Part shown: positions 1 to 9,601 of the stretch, in pieces
How positions within the stretch are numbered: position 1 is the stretch's first letter
Layout of the letters: each line of letters begins with the position of its first letter
NCBI GenBank assembly: GCA_903939845.1
Contig: CAJAIJ010000050.1
Span: 76,456 to 140,455 of the forward strand
Origin: an uncultured Solirubrobacterales bacterium
GTDB lineage: Bacteria; Actinomycetota; Thermoleophilia; Solirubrobacterales; 70-9
Length of the DNA: 64,000 nucleotides
Reading direction: 5' to 3'
Notes under the pieces: generated by a model
Databases searched by the model: none
Seen by the model: the letters and a program-made list of their open reading frames with translations, nothing else
What the model was told of the DNA's origin: nothing
Program-made: the position numbers and the translations under genes

Positions 1-1372
1 GCCAGTGGACCACCGGCAACTCCATCAAGGCAGAGAGTCGAATCGCCGGTCTCGCGTAGTCCGAGAAGATCAGGTAGGTGGACCAGACCGGCCTCATCCC
101 GCTCAGGGCCATTCCGTTCGATGCGGCAGCAGACTCGTGCTCACGGACTCCGAGGTGAATCCCCTTGCCGGCACGATCTCCGGGCTCGAACGTACCGGCC
201 GTCTCCGGGTCGAGGCCGCTCGAAGCCGATCCGGTTAGGTCGGCCGAGCCGCTGACCAGCCAGGGTATCCGGGGGGAGATCGCGTTCAATGCTTTCTGGG
301 CAGCCTTGCGGGTCGCCATCCCGGTCCCGGCTTCGAACTCCGGGAGGTCTCCGGACCAGCCTGCGGGAAGCTCTCCGGTGGTGATCATCTCGACGTCGCC
401 ACGAGTCTCGGACGGCGCAACGGCCAGTCGTTCCCGCCAGCCTTCGTTGAGGGCTCTGCCTCGTTTCCCGATCCCTTCGGAGAAGAACTCGTAGATACCG
501 TCCGGGACGAGGAAGTGTTCGTCCTCCGGCCAGCCATAGGACTGCTTGGTGAGGCGGGTCTCCTCGGCTCCGAGAGGCGAGCCGTGGACCCCGGCCGTAT
601 CGACCTTGTTCGGCGATCCAAACCCGATGTGGCTGTGGACGATGATCATCGTCGGCTTGCTCTCTTCTGCCCGGAAGGCGTCCAGAGCCTGCCCGATCGC
701 ATCGAGATCGTTTGCGTCTGCGACCTGGTGCACGACCCAGCCGGACGCCAGGAAGCGCTCTTCGACGTTCTCGGTGAAGGTCAGGTCGGTGTTGCCGTCG
801 ATCGTGATCCGGTTGCTGTCATAGATCCAGCAGAGGTTCGAGAGTTCCTGATGTCCGGCCAGCGAGGCCGCCTCCTGGGAGACCCCCTCCATGAGGTCTC
901 CGTCGCCACAGATCGTGTAGACGTCGTAATCGAAGATCTCCTGGCCGTAGCGGGCCCGCTTCCAGAGGCCGGCCATTGCCATGCCGACCGAAGTCCCTAC
1001 TCCCTGTCCGAGCGGACCGGTGGTGGTCTCGACCCCGACCGTCAGATGGGACTCGGGGTGGCCGGGCGTAGGGGAGCCGAGCTGACGAAAGTTCCTGATG
1101 TCATCGAGGGAGATCGCCGGCGTCCCGTCCTCACGGACTATTCCGGAGAGGTGGATCATCGAATAGATCAACATCGAGGCATGGCCGGCCGAGAGCACGA
1201 ACCTGTCGCGGTTTGGCCAGAGCGGGTCGGACGGGTCGTAGCGAAGGTACTCCTGCCAGAGCTTCACGGTCAGGGGCGCGAGTGCCATCGCTGCTCCCGG
1301 GTGGCCGGAGTTGGCCCGATCGATGGCGTCTATGGAGAGGGTCCGGACCGTGTCGGCGGCGAGCTGTTCCAT
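1..1372 (-). CDS. tkt: transketolase, N-terminal part (3' end runs off the window)
   Basis: Absent from the ORF track because it is open at the window edge. My reverse-strand translation from ATG at 1372 reads MEQLAADTVRTLSIDAIDRANSGHPGAAMALAPLTVK, the canonical transketolase N-terminus (SGHPG). The + ORF 515-1387 is its antisense shadow. Confidence 0.85.
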   Translation of the reverse strand, partial: MEQLAADTVRTLSIDAIDRANSGHPGAAMALAPLTVKLWQEYLRYDPSDPLWPNRDRFVLSAGHASMLIYSMIHLSGIVREDGTPAISLDDIRNFRQLGSPTPGHPESHLTVGVETTTGPLGQGVGTSVGMAMAGLWKRARYGQEIFDYDVYTICGDGDLMEGVSQEAASLAGHQELSNLCWIYDSNRITIDGNTDLTFTENVEERFLASGWVVHQVADANDLDAIGQALDAFRAEESKPTMIIVHSHIGFGSPNKVDTAGVHGSPLGAEETRLTKQSYGWPEDEHFLVPDGIYEFFSEGIGKRGRALNEGWRERLAVAPSETRGDVEMITTGELPAGWSGDLPEFEAGTGMATRKAAQKALNAISPRIPWLVSGSADLTGSASSGLDPETAGTFEPGDRAGKGIHLGVREHESAAASNGMALSGMRPVWSTYLIFSDYARPAIRLSALMELPVVHW

Positions 1373-1463
1373 TCCTGCTTCCACTGATGGGTTCGACCCG
1401 GTCACGCGCGGCATCGTAGCGAGCGCAACCGGAGGGAAAGCGCGCGACCTCGTCGGGGCCGAC

Positions 1464-2006
1464 TCAGAGGGCCGGGCCCGGAGGGTTTCGTTCGAAGGAA
1501 CGAAGGGCCGCGTCGACCTGATCGACGACTTCCTGCGGGTTGTCGACGCCACCGAAGACGAACAGATTGCCGTCCCCCGTAGAGGCTGTATCGAAGTCGA
1601 CGTTTCCGATTCCCAGGATGCGCTCGAGCGGGCTCTGTGTGAAGGAGATGTTCTGGATCCTCTCCAGCCGGGCCTCCTGGATCTCCCGGGCAAATACCCC
1701 GCGGCTGATGTTGAGCCTCCGGTCGGAGATCGTGTAGACGGTGGACCACCGCTTCACGAAGCCGAACAGAACCGTGACCCCGATGATGACGAAGGCGATC
1801 AGGGACACCAGCAGGAATCCCAGACCGACCAGGCTGGCGAGGATGCAGACCAGGACTGCGATGGCGAATCCCTTGAGGTAGAAGGAGAGGATCGCCTTCC
1901 AGGACGGACGGTCGCTGAAGATCACGCGCTCTCCCTGAGCGGGGCTGAAACCCATCGAGCGAGCATACCCGGGCGGGACACCGATCGTCCCGGTAGCCGT
2001 CCGCAT
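1464..2006 (-). CDS. membrane protein with bacterial PH (bPH_2 / YdbS-YdbT-like) domain
   Basis: 180 aa. Two hydrophobic helices (FAIAVLVCILASLVGLGFLLVSLIAFVIIGVTVLF) are followed by STVYTISDRRLNISRG...NISFTQSPLERILGIGNVDF. An alternative start is Met18 at 1955. Confidence 0.7.
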   Translation of the reverse strand: MRTATGTIGVPPGYARSMGFSPAQGERVIFSDRPSWKAILSFYLKGFAIAVLVCILASLVGLGFLLVSLIAFVIIGVTVLFGFVKRWSTVYTISDRRLNISRGVFAREIQEARLERIQNISFTQSPLERILGIGNVDFDTASTGDGNLFVFGGVDNPQEVVDQVDAALRSFERNPPGPAL

Positions 2007-2025
2007 TCCTGCCTACCTTTGGACG

Positions 2026-4218
2026 ATGCCAGTTGCCAGGGTCGAGCCGCTGACGACGGCCCGCTCCCTGCGGGGTCCGTTCGACTACCTGATTCCCGAC
2101 GGATTCGATCCGGTTGGGGTCGGAACGGTGCTCGAGGTGCCTTTCGGTGGCCGCCGGATCACGGCAGTCGTGACCGAGATGGCCGAGACCTCGGAGCTTC
2201 CGCTCGAGCGACTCGCCACCCCCGTCCGTGTGCTTGGGGACGGGACCCCGCCCGAATTGATCGAACTCGGCCTCTGGGTGGCCAGGGAGTACTGCTCGAC
2301 TCCGGCCCGCGGCCTCGGGTTGGTGCTGCCCCCGGGAACGGGAGTCGGTGGTCGTCGGGTCAGGGAAAAGAGTCAGACCGAGGTCGAACTGACCGGGGAG
2401 GGGGCGGGCGCGATCGAGTCCGGGGTGAGGCTCGGGTCCAGGCAGCGGGCCGTGATCGAACTGCTCTCGGGTGGACCGCGGACCACGGTGGATCTCTCGC
2501 GCCATGCCGGCGCGGACTCGGCCACCGTCCGTCGGCTCGTCGAGCGCGGCCTGGTCGAGACCCGGAAGGTGACGGTTCGCCGCCGTCCCGGGGAGGACGG
2601 GCCGATCGGTGGAACCGGGGCGATCCCGGAGCTCAACCCGGCCCAGTCGGCTGCGGTTCGACAAATCACCTCTGCGATGGATCGCGGCGAGGGGGGAGAG
2701 TTCCTGCTGGCCGGCGTAACCGGCTCCGGCAAGACCGAGGTCTATCTGGCTTCGGTCGAGTTCGCCCTGGCTTCGAACCGGACCGCGATCGTCCTGGTTC
2801 CCGAGATCGGCCTCACCCCTCAGGCGGTAGGAAGATTCCGGGCTCGCCTCGGTGACGAGGTGGCCGTACTTCACTCGGGCCTGACCGAGGGGCAGCGGCA
2901 CGACGAGTGGCAGCGGTTGAGGTCCGGCGAGGCACGAGTCTGCGTCGGGCCGCGTTCGGCCGTTTTCGCACCGTTGGAAGATCTCGGATTGATCGTGATC
3001 GACGAGGAGCACGACTCGTCCTACAAGCAGGAGTCGGACCCCCGCTACGACGCGAGGACGGTCGCGTCTCGCAGGGCCGGGTCCGAATCCGCCGTGCTGG
3101 TCTTCGGCACGGCCACCCCTCGACCAGAGACCTGGCTCGGGGTCGAGAGGATCGACCTGCCGGAACGGGTCGACGGTCTCGGGATGCCACCGGTCGAAGT
3201 CGTGGACATGCGCTCGACAGACCCTCGGGGCGGTCCCTTGCACCCGGTCACGATCGAGGCTCTGGAAGAGGTCCGCAACAGGGGCGAGAAGGCGATAGTG
3301 ATGATCAATCGTCGCGGCTTCTCACCGTGGCTCACCTGCGGCACGTGCGGGCACCACTGGGGCTGCCCCAACTGCGACGTCTCCCTGATCGTCCACCGTG
3401 AAATCGGGGGCGGAACCTTGATCTGTCACCACTGTTCCCACCGGGAGCCGTTGCCGAGGTCCTGTCCGGAATGTTCGGGAACGACCCTGGCGAGGTCGGG
3501 GGCCGGGACAGAGAGGGTGGAGGCCGACCTGAGGGAGCTGTTCGGACCGATGCCCGTCTTTCGAATGGACGCCGATACGGCGTCCGGTCCGGGCGGCCAT
3601 GGACGGATCCTGGCCGAGTTCGATCGGGCCGACTCGGGGATCCTGGTCGGGACACAGATGGTCGCAAAGGGCCACGACTTCGCCGAGGTGACGCTCAGCG
3701 TCGTGCTCGACGCCGACGCAACTCTCAGGTTCCCGGACTTCAGGGCCGAGGAGAGGACGTTCGCCCTGGTGACCCAGTTGGCCGGAAGGAGCGGGCGTGG
3801 CAGAGCTGGAGGGAGGGTGATAGTCCAGACTCTCGCGCCCGATGCACCGAGCATTTCGGCAGCTGCGAGGCACGACTCGCCCGGATTCCTCGAGGGAGAA
3901 CTGAGGCGACGGGAGGCGCTGGACTACCCGCCCTGGTCGAGCCTCGTCCGGATCATGATTGCGGCCGTCGACGAGGTCGCACTCGACAGAGTCTCGAGCG
4001 AGGTGGCATCCCGTCTGCGGTCGGCACTCCCGGAAGGGGTGAGCGTGATGGGTCCGGCACCGATGTTCAGAGCGAGGGGCCGACACCGGCGCCGCATCCT
4101 GATCAAGACACACACTCGCCGCCCCTCGGTGGATGCGATCTGGGCCGAGGTCGAGACGATGGTGACCGAGGGCGCCTTTCGCGAGATGGTCCTGAGCGTG
4201 GACGTCGATCCCCAGTAA
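2026..4218 (+). CDS. priA: primosomal protein N' (replication restart helicase PriA)
   Basis: 730 aa. Walker A GVTGSGKT, DEEH box (VIDEEHD), Cys-rich zinc region CGTCGHHWGCPNCD...CHHC...CPEC. Confidence 0.95.
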   Translation: MPVARVEPLTTARSLRGPFDYLIPDGFDPVGVGTVLEVPFGGRRITAVVTEMAETSELPLERLATPVRVLGDGTPPELIELGLWVAREYCSTPARGLGLVLPPGTGVGGRRVREKSQTEVELTGEGAGAIESGVRLGSRQRAVIELLSGGPRTTVDLSRHAGADSATVRRLVERGLVETRKVTVRRRPGEDGPIGGTGAIPELNPAQSAAVRQITSAMDRGEGGEFLLAGVTGSGKTEVYLASVEFALASNRTAIVLVPEIGLTPQAVGRFRARLGDEVAVLHSGLTEGQRHDEWQRLRSGEARVCVGPRSAVFAPLEDLGLIVIDEEHDSSYKQESDPRYDARTVASRRAGSESAVLVFGTATPRPETWLGVERIDLPERVDGLGMPPVEVVDMRSTDPRGGPLHPVTIEALEEVRNRGEKAIVMINRRGFSPWLTCGTCGHHWGCPNCDVSLIVHREIGGGTLICHHCSHREPLPRSCPECSGTTLARSGAGTERVEADLRELFGPMPVFRMDADTASGPGGHGRILAEFDRADSGILVGTQMVAKGHDFAEVTLSVVLDADATLRFPDFRAEERTFALVTQLAGRSGRGRAGGRVIVQTLAPDAPSISAAARHDSPGFLEGELRRREALDYPPWSSLVRIMIAAVDEVALDRVSSEVASRLRSALPEGVSVMGPAPMFRARGRHRRRILIKTHTRRPSVDAIWAEVETMVTEGAFREMVLSVDVDPQ

Positions 4219-4291
4219 CCCGGTAACCCAGCTGGAGGCGACGGTCCCCGGGGCCCGGAGATGGCTTCGGCCCCGGCTAGACTCAGGGACT

Positions 4292-4936
4292 GTGAACGAT
4301 GACTCTGAAGAGACGGTCGAGGACGGCGGCGAAGCCGAATTCGATCTCGAGCAGGCGCCTGAGATAGACGAGGAGATCCTCCGCAGGCGTGATGAGGCGA
4401 TGGCTCGCATCGTCCAGTACGGGGACCCCCTCCTTCGGAGCAGGGCCTCGGAGATCGGTCTGTTCGACGATGGCCTTGAGGTCGAGGCCCGGGAGATGTT
4501 CTCCCTGATGAGGGACGCCTTCGGCTGTGGACTGGCCGCGAATCAGGTCGGCAGGTTGCGCCGAATACTGGTTTTTCAGAGCAGCGAGGACGAAGAGCCC
4601 GGAGCGCTCGTCAACCCGGTCATGGAGTGGGCCTCGGGAGAGACCGAGACCATGACCGAGGGCTGCCTGAGCATTCCCGGAGTCGTGCTCGACGTCGAGC
4701 GACCGGTCGAGGCGACCTTCACAGGCCTCGACCTGACCGGTCGGCCGGTTCGGTGGGAGATGGCCGGACTCCGGGCCAGGATCATCCAGCACGAACTCGA
4801 CCACCTCGACGGCGTTCTGATCCTCGATCGTGCACCCGCAGACCAGCGCCGGGCCGCGATGCGGGCCCTGAGGCGTGGCGAAACCTGGGCCCCTCCTCAC
4901 GAAGGCGAAGAGGAAACCGAAGAAGTGGCGATTTGA
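4292..4936 (+). CDS. def: peptide deformylase
   Basis: Motifs GLAANQVG, EGCLSIPG, HELDHLDG. GTG 4292 gives a 36-aa acidic N-extension. The alternative ATG at 4400 gives the canonical MARIVQYGDPLLR start. A TAGACT box at 4278-4283 favours 4292. Confidence 0.9.
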   Translation: MNDDSEETVEDGGEAEFDLEQAPEIDEEILRRRDEAMARIVQYGDPLLRSRASEIGLFDDGLEVEAREMFSLMRDAFGCGLAANQVGRLRRILVFQSSEDEEPGALVNPVMEWASGETETMTEGCLSIPGVVLDVERPVEATFTGLDLTGRPVRWEMAGLRARIIQHELDHLDGVLILDRAPADQRRAAMRALRRGETWAPPHEGEEETEEVAI

Positions 4937-5859
4937 GCGGCGGCGCCTTCCTCGGCACGAGTGATTTCGCTGCGACTGTCCTCCATCGGCTGGCCGATGC
5001 GGGAGTCGGGCCCTCTCTGGTCGTGACACTCCCGGACCGTCGTCAGGGAAGGGGACGAAAGCTCTCGCCATCACCGGTGGCGATTGCAGCCGGGGAACTC
5101 GGCTTCGAGGTCCTGAAGAGCGGCGACGTGAATGGGGACGAGGATCGCTCGAGGATCGTGGAAGCATCCGGTCCCGGCGGTTGGTCCGGGATCTGTGCCT
5201 TCGGTCAGTTGATCCGCGAACCCCTGCTGTCCGAAGCTCCGATGCTGAATGTCCATCCCTCACTGTTGCCACGGTGGCGCGGAGCGGCGCCGATCGAGAG
5301 AGCGATCATGGCCGGTGACCCCCAGACCGGTGTCTGCATCATGCGACTGGTGGCGGGTCTCGACTCCGGTCCCGTCGCCCTTTCGGAACGGGTCGAGATC
5401 GATCCCGACGAGGATTTCGGTTCGCTTTCCGATCGTCTTGCCGGTATCGGCGGCGACCTGCTGGCCAGCGCCCTGTCGGCCGCCGCATCGGACTCTCTCG
5501 AGTGGACCGAGCAGGACGACGGACTTGCCACCTACGCCGAGAAGATCGAGTCCGACGAACGCCGGATAGATCTGTCACGAACCGCCCGTGAGTGCCACGA
5601 CCGGGTTAGGGCCCTGACTCCTCACATTGGAGCCTTCCTGGCGCTCGAGGGCGACGAGAGGCTCGGTGTCGTGAAGACCATGCCGGCACCGGGGGAGGTT
5701 CTCCGACGGGGCGAGTTTCGATCCTCCGACGGGCGACTGTTCATCGGATGTGCCGATCACGGCCTCGAGCTGCTCGAGGTCAGACCGCCAGGCAAGGCCA
5801 CCATGGATGCTCGCTCCTTCCTGAGCGGATATGGCACGCCGGCCCCGGTCGCTGACTGA
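4933..5859 (+). CDS. fmt: methionyl-tRNA formyltransferase
   Basis: TTG at 4933 overlaps the def stop (TTGA). N-terminus (M)SGGAFLGTSDFAATVLHRL, plus HPSLLPRWRGAAPIERAI. The track ORF start 4627 lies inside def. Confidence 0.9.
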   Translation: MSGGAFLGTSDFAATVLHRLADAGVGPSLVVTLPDRRQGRGRKLSPSPVAIAAGELGFEVLKSGDVNGDEDRSRIVEASGPGGWSGICAFGQLIREPLLSEAPMLNVHPSLLPRWRGAAPIERAIMAGDPQTGVCIMRLVAGLDSGPVALSERVEIDPDEDFGSLSDRLAGIGGDLLASALSAAASDSLEWTEQDDGLATYAEKIESDERRIDLSRTARECHDRVRALTPHIGAFLALEGDERLGVVKTMPAPGEVLRRGEFRSSDGRLFIGCADHGLELLEVRPPGKATMDARSFLSGYGTPAPVAD

Positions 5860-7226
5860 TGGCCGAGATCACATCGGAGAGGAAGGTCGCGTTCGAGGTC
5901 CTGCGGAGGACATTCGAGGATGGGGAGTTCACCGAACGGGCATTTCGGCAGGAGGTCACCTCTGCCGGCCTCGAGGGTCGCGATCGGGCCTTCGCCCAGT
6001 TCCTCGCCTTCGGGGCCGTTCAGCGCAAGGGGACCTCGGATGCTCTCGTGCGGGAGTTCAGTCGCAGGGGCCAGCGATCCGGTCCAGCCGCGATCAATGC
6101 CCTGCGGCTCGGTCTCTTCGAGATCTTCTTCAGTGGCGGCGGGGCCGAGCATGCGGCGGTCGATCAGGCGGTCGAAATCACGAGGCGATCGGGAGAGTCT
6201 CGAGCCGCAGGCTTCGTCAACGCGATCCTGAGGCGGGCGATCAGGGAGAGCGATGAGATCAGGGGGCGGCTGGCGGACGACTCGACCATCCCGGCCTGCT
6301 CCTTCGCTCATTCCGTTCCCGGGTGGTTGGTCGAGATGTGGTGGGAAGAGCTCGGACCGGAGCGGACCCGTTCCCTCTGCGCTGCGATCAACATGCCGAC
6401 GGAGAAGTGCCTGATGGTCAACCCCAGGCGGGGGGAGGTCGAAGAAATCCTCGGCCGGCTCGGCGGAGATGAGGTCGACGTAAGGCCCGCCGAGGGACCA
6501 TGGCCGCTCGCCCCCGAAGGTTTGCTGGTCGCGTCGGGCTCGCTCGCGGCAGCCGAGCGGCTGGCCGACCTCGGCGAGATCACGATCCTCTCGAGAGGAT
6601 CTGCGGCCGTGGTCGAGGTGCTTGGCTCCGAGGAAGGCGAGCGCGTCCTCGACCTCTGTTCCGGTCCCGGAATCAAGACGGGCCGCATCGCAGCCTCGGT
6701 AGGCCATTACGGGAACGTGGTCGCGGTGGAGCCAGAGTCGGCCAGGGCAGATGATGTTGCGGCACAGCTCGACCGTCTCGGCTACCACAACACCCTGGTG
6801 GTGGAGGGAGATGGCCGGGCGGCGGAGATCCTCTCCGACTTCGACCGGGTCCTTGTAGACGCTCCCTGCTCGGACCTCGGCGCGCTAGCGTCTCGTCCCG
6901 ACGCCAGGTGGCGGAAGAACCCCAGCGTAATCGCGCGATTGCTCGACCTCCAGTCCGAGCTGCTCGATCGTGCAGGCGATCTGGTGCGCCCCGGAGGGAC
7001 GGTCGTCTACTCCACCTGCACGATCTCGAGGAGGGAGAACGCCGACCAGGCGATCGCCTTCGCGGAGAGGTCCGGACTCGAGCCCGACGACCTCGGGGCG
7101 CTGGCACCGGACCTTGCCGACCCCGCCGATTCCCGATTCATCCAGCTATTCCCCGACCGCGACTCGACCACGGGATTTTTCATCGCACGGTTCAGGAAGC
7201 CCCTGGTGCCGGAGGTAGGGGAATAA
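5859..7226 (+). CDS. rsmB: 16S rRNA (cytosine967-C5)-methyltransferase RsmB/Sun
   Basis: 455 aa. NusB-like N-domain plus a SAM methyltransferase (VLDLCSGPGIKT, DAPCSDLG, YSTCT). The ATG overlaps the fmt stop (TGATG). Confidence 0.9.
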   Translation: MAEITSERKVAFEVLRRTFEDGEFTERAFRQEVTSAGLEGRDRAFAQFLAFGAVQRKGTSDALVREFSRRGQRSGPAAINALRLGLFEIFFSGGGAEHAAVDQAVEITRRSGESRAAGFVNAILRRAIRESDEIRGRLADDSTIPACSFAHSVPGWLVEMWWEELGPERTRSLCAAINMPTEKCLMVNPRRGEVEEILGRLGGDEVDVRPAEGPWPLAPEGLLVASGSLAAAERLADLGEITILSRGSAAVVEVLGSEEGERVLDLCSGPGIKTGRIAASVGHYGNVVAVEPESARADDVAAQLDRLGYHNTLVVEGDGRAAEILSDFDRVLVDAPCSDLGALASRPDARWRKNPSVIARLLDLQSELLDRAGDLVRPGGTVVYSTCTISRRENADQAIAFAERSGLEPDDLGALAPDLADPADSRFIQLFPDRDSTTGFFIARFRKPLVPEVGE

Positions 7227-7483
7227 TGGAGCCGATGAGCAAGGGTTCTCCGGATATCGAAGAGGTTCCGAAAGCCCCGGGTGCAGGCTGCCCGGAGTGT
7301 GGTGAGCCCTGGCTGCGGCCGACACAGCTCCCGGGACGACTCAGGTGCGTCTTCTGCCTGACCAGATTCGAGATCGTCTCGCAGTGCCCCGATTGCGGGA
7401 CCCATCAGACGATCGCCCGGATGAGCACGACCGAGGACATGACCTGTCAGACCTGCACCGGTTCCATGTTGAGGCCGGTGTGA
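7226..7483 (+). CDS. small tandem zinc-ribbon protein, unknown function
   Basis: 85 aa from the ATG overlapping the rsmB stop (TAATG). Two CxxC-x15-CxxC units (CPEC..CVFC and CPDC..CQTC). Third codon positions are GC-rich. Its stop overlaps the rpe GTG start (GTGA). Confidence 0.55.
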   Translation: MEPMSKGSPDIEEVPKAPGAGCPECGEPWLRPTQLPGRLRCVFCLTRFEIVSQCPDCGTHQTIARMSTTEDMTCQTCTGSMLRPV

Positions 7484-8178
7484 CCGGGTCCTCCGAAATA
7501 CCTGAATCCTTCCGTGGACTCAGGGTTGCTCCCTCCCTTCTGTCGGCAGATTTCTCCGGACTGGGCTCCGCAGTCGACGAAGTGCTCGAGGCCGGTGCCC
7601 GGGTCATCCATTTCGACGTCATGGACGGGAGCTTCGTTCCCCCGATCACGATCGGCCCGCTGGTGCTCTCCTCGATTGCCGACCGGGTCCATGAGGTCGG
7701 AGGGGTGATCGATGTCCATCTCATGGTCGATTCTCCCGAGCGACAGATCGCCCAGTTCGCAGAGGCCGGTGCCGACTCGATCAGCTTCCACATCGAGGCC
7801 ACCGCTCACGCCCACCGATCGCTCGGTGCGATCAGGGATCTCGGCTGCCTCGCCGGCATCGCCCTGAATCCCGGAACCCCGGTTGAGGCGATCGAGGCCG
7901 TAGCCGGGCATGCCGACATGATCGTCGTGATGTCGGTCAATCCCGGTTGGGGAGGTCAGTCCTACATCGAGGGCTCAGAGGAACGGATCGCCAGGATTCG
8001 GGAGCTCGCGCCCGAGACACTGATCGAAGTCGACGGAGGCATAGGGACCGCGACTGCGGGCCCGGTGGCCGGAGCCGGGGCGAGCCTGCTCGTGGCCGGT
8101 TCGGCTGTGTTCGGAGCGGCCGATCCCGGCTCGGCCTATCGCGCGATCCTCGAGGCGGCCGAAGCCGGCACGACCTAG
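7480..8178 (+). CDS. rpe: ribulose-phosphate 3-epimerase
   Basis: APSLLSADF...HFDVMDGSFVPPIT...HLMV. GTG 7480 gives 232 aa. The track ORF start 7345 overlaps the upstream gene. Confidence 0.9.
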   Translation: MTGSSEIPESFRGLRVAPSLLSADFSGLGSAVDEVLEAGARVIHFDVMDGSFVPPITIGPLVLSSIADRVHEVGGVIDVHLMVDSPERQIAQFAEAGADSISFHIEATAHAHRSLGAIRDLGCLAGIALNPGTPVEAIEAVAGHADMIVVMSVNPGWGGQSYIEGSEERIARIRELAPETLIEVDGGIGTATAGPVAGAGASLLVAGSAVFGAADPGSAYRAILEAAEAGTT

Positions 8179-9596
8179 GGCGCGCCCTCTTCGAGTCCGG
8201 CCAGCCGGGTCTCGATCTGCTCCGGCGTTCCCTCCAGTGGCAGGTCCTCCTCGATGCCCCTCGGGGACCGGTAGATGAGGAAGAGCGAGACCATGAGGAT
8301 CAAGGCGGTGAGAGTGAACCCGATCTCGACCCTGAGGTTGCCGTTGGCGATGAACGGGAGCAGGGTCCAGACTATGAAGAAGGCGGCGCAGGCGATCCAT
8401 CGCACAGATGCCCTCCGGGCCTGGCCCTGTGCGAGGCAGGCCTGGTTCAGGGTCACGGCGGCCAGATAGAGACCCATCCCTGCGGTCACGATCAGGAGAT
8501 CCAGACGGCCGTAGGTGAACTTGGCCGAGAACGCGAGCTGCATCAGCTTCGGTCCGGCGATGATCACCACCACCGCGGTCACGGCGGTGAAGGCGACCAC
8601 GGCGAGATTCACGTTTCGCACAGAGCGCTTGAACTCCCGTTCAGATTCGGGGTCCCCGCTGTGGTGGAGGGCGGTCAGGTGGGGGAGGATGCTGGTCGAC
8701 ACGGCCTGGAAGAGCTGCAGGGGCGCTCTGGCGATCATCAGGATGTTGAAGATGAAGCCCGCCGCCGCTACCCCCTCGATTCCCCTCACCACCAGGGGGC
8801 CCGCATTCAGGAATACCTGCTCGCTGAACATGATCAGGAAGACCGACCCGACGAATCCCGCTCCGTGGGCCATCGAGAGATCGGACTCCTCGTCGCCTTC
8901 GGTCTCCTTTTCCCTTTCAGCCACCTCTGCCGCCTGCTTGCGGCTGCGGCGTCCGATCGCGAACGGGACCACCAGGAGGCTGAGTAGCGGGGCGACGAGT
9001 ATGCCGAGGGCGACCATCGACTGGCCGGACAGGATCCCGACGGCCACCAGCACCACGGTGAGGGTGCGGAAGAAGGACTCCGAGAGGATCAGTCCGGTGA
9101 ACAGGCCGAACCTCTGGAGGCCGGCAAGATAGCCGCGAGCGTAGTAGCTGGCCGCGTAGAAGAGGACCGCCCCGACGAATACCCAGTAGAGGGCCTCGTT
9201 GCCGGCCAGCAGACCGTTCTGGAGCGGATCGCGGAGTAGCAGAGCGATCACGGCGAAACCGACGGCCAGGCTGGCCTGGATCTTGGCCGCGACCCGGACC
9301 GGCCCGATCTCGGGAATGCCCCGCTCGACGTTCTCGGCGATCTGGCGTGACAGCAGCTGATCGACCGGTCGATAGAGGGTCGACACCGTGATGAATACGG
9401 CCGACCACAGCACGGTCAGCTCTCCGTAGTCGACCCGGTCGAGTTCGTACGAGGCGATGAAGAAGTAGACGTAGGTCAGGAGACCGGTGAGGCCGACGCC
9501 GATGGTGAGCAGGCCGACCTTGCGGCTGTACTCGCGGGTGCCGGTCACGCCCCCCGGGTCTGACCGGTCTTCCGTTGCGCCCTCGTCGCTTTCCAA
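8175..9596 (-). CDS. polytopic membrane protein, Wzx/MOP-type oligosaccharide flippase-like
   Basis: 473 aa, about 12 hydrophobic helices with a central acidic loop (EVAEREKETEGDEESD). It begins 5 nt after the stop of the upstream GT2 gene. The family call rests on topology and context only. Confidence 0.5.
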   Translation of the reverse strand: MESDEGATEDRSDPGGVTGTREYSRKVGLLTIGVGLTGLLTYVYFFIASYELDRVDYGELTVLWSAVFITVSTLYRPVDQLLSRQIAENVERGIPEIGPVRVAAKIQASLAVGFAVIALLLRDPLQNGLLAGNEALYWVFVGAVLFYAASYYARGYLAGLQRFGLFTGLILSESFFRTLTVVLVAVGILSGQSMVALGILVAPLLSLLVVPFAIGRRSRKQAAEVAEREKETEGDEESDLSMAHGAGFVGSVFLIMFSEQVFLNAGPLVVRGIEGVAAAGFIFNILMIARAPLQLFQAVSTSILPHLTALHHSGDPESEREFKRSVRNVNLAVVAFTAVTAVVVIIAGPKLMQLAFSAKFTYGRLDLLIVTAGMGLYLAAVTLNQACLAQGQARRASVRWIACAAFFIVWTLLPFIANGNLRVEIGFTLTALILMVSLFLIYRSPRGIEEDLPLEGTPEQIETRLAGLEEGAP

Positions 9597-9601
9597 CTCG
9601 A

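Noticed and set aside
515-1387. 290-aa + strand ORF at the left edge
   Set aside because: It is antisense to transketolase, whose reverse-strand translation gives the canonical N-terminus.
1311-3243. Long overlapping ORFs 1311-2855 (+) and 1402-3243 (-)
   Set aside because: Both are Arg/Pro/Gly-rich shadow frames of the PH-domain gene and priA. The motif-bearing frames explain the region.
6908-7225. Upstream part of the 191-aa ORF 6908-7483
   Set aside because: It lies inside rsmB in another frame and is Arg/Pro-rich. Only the part from ATG 7226 (the zinc ribbons) looks genuine.
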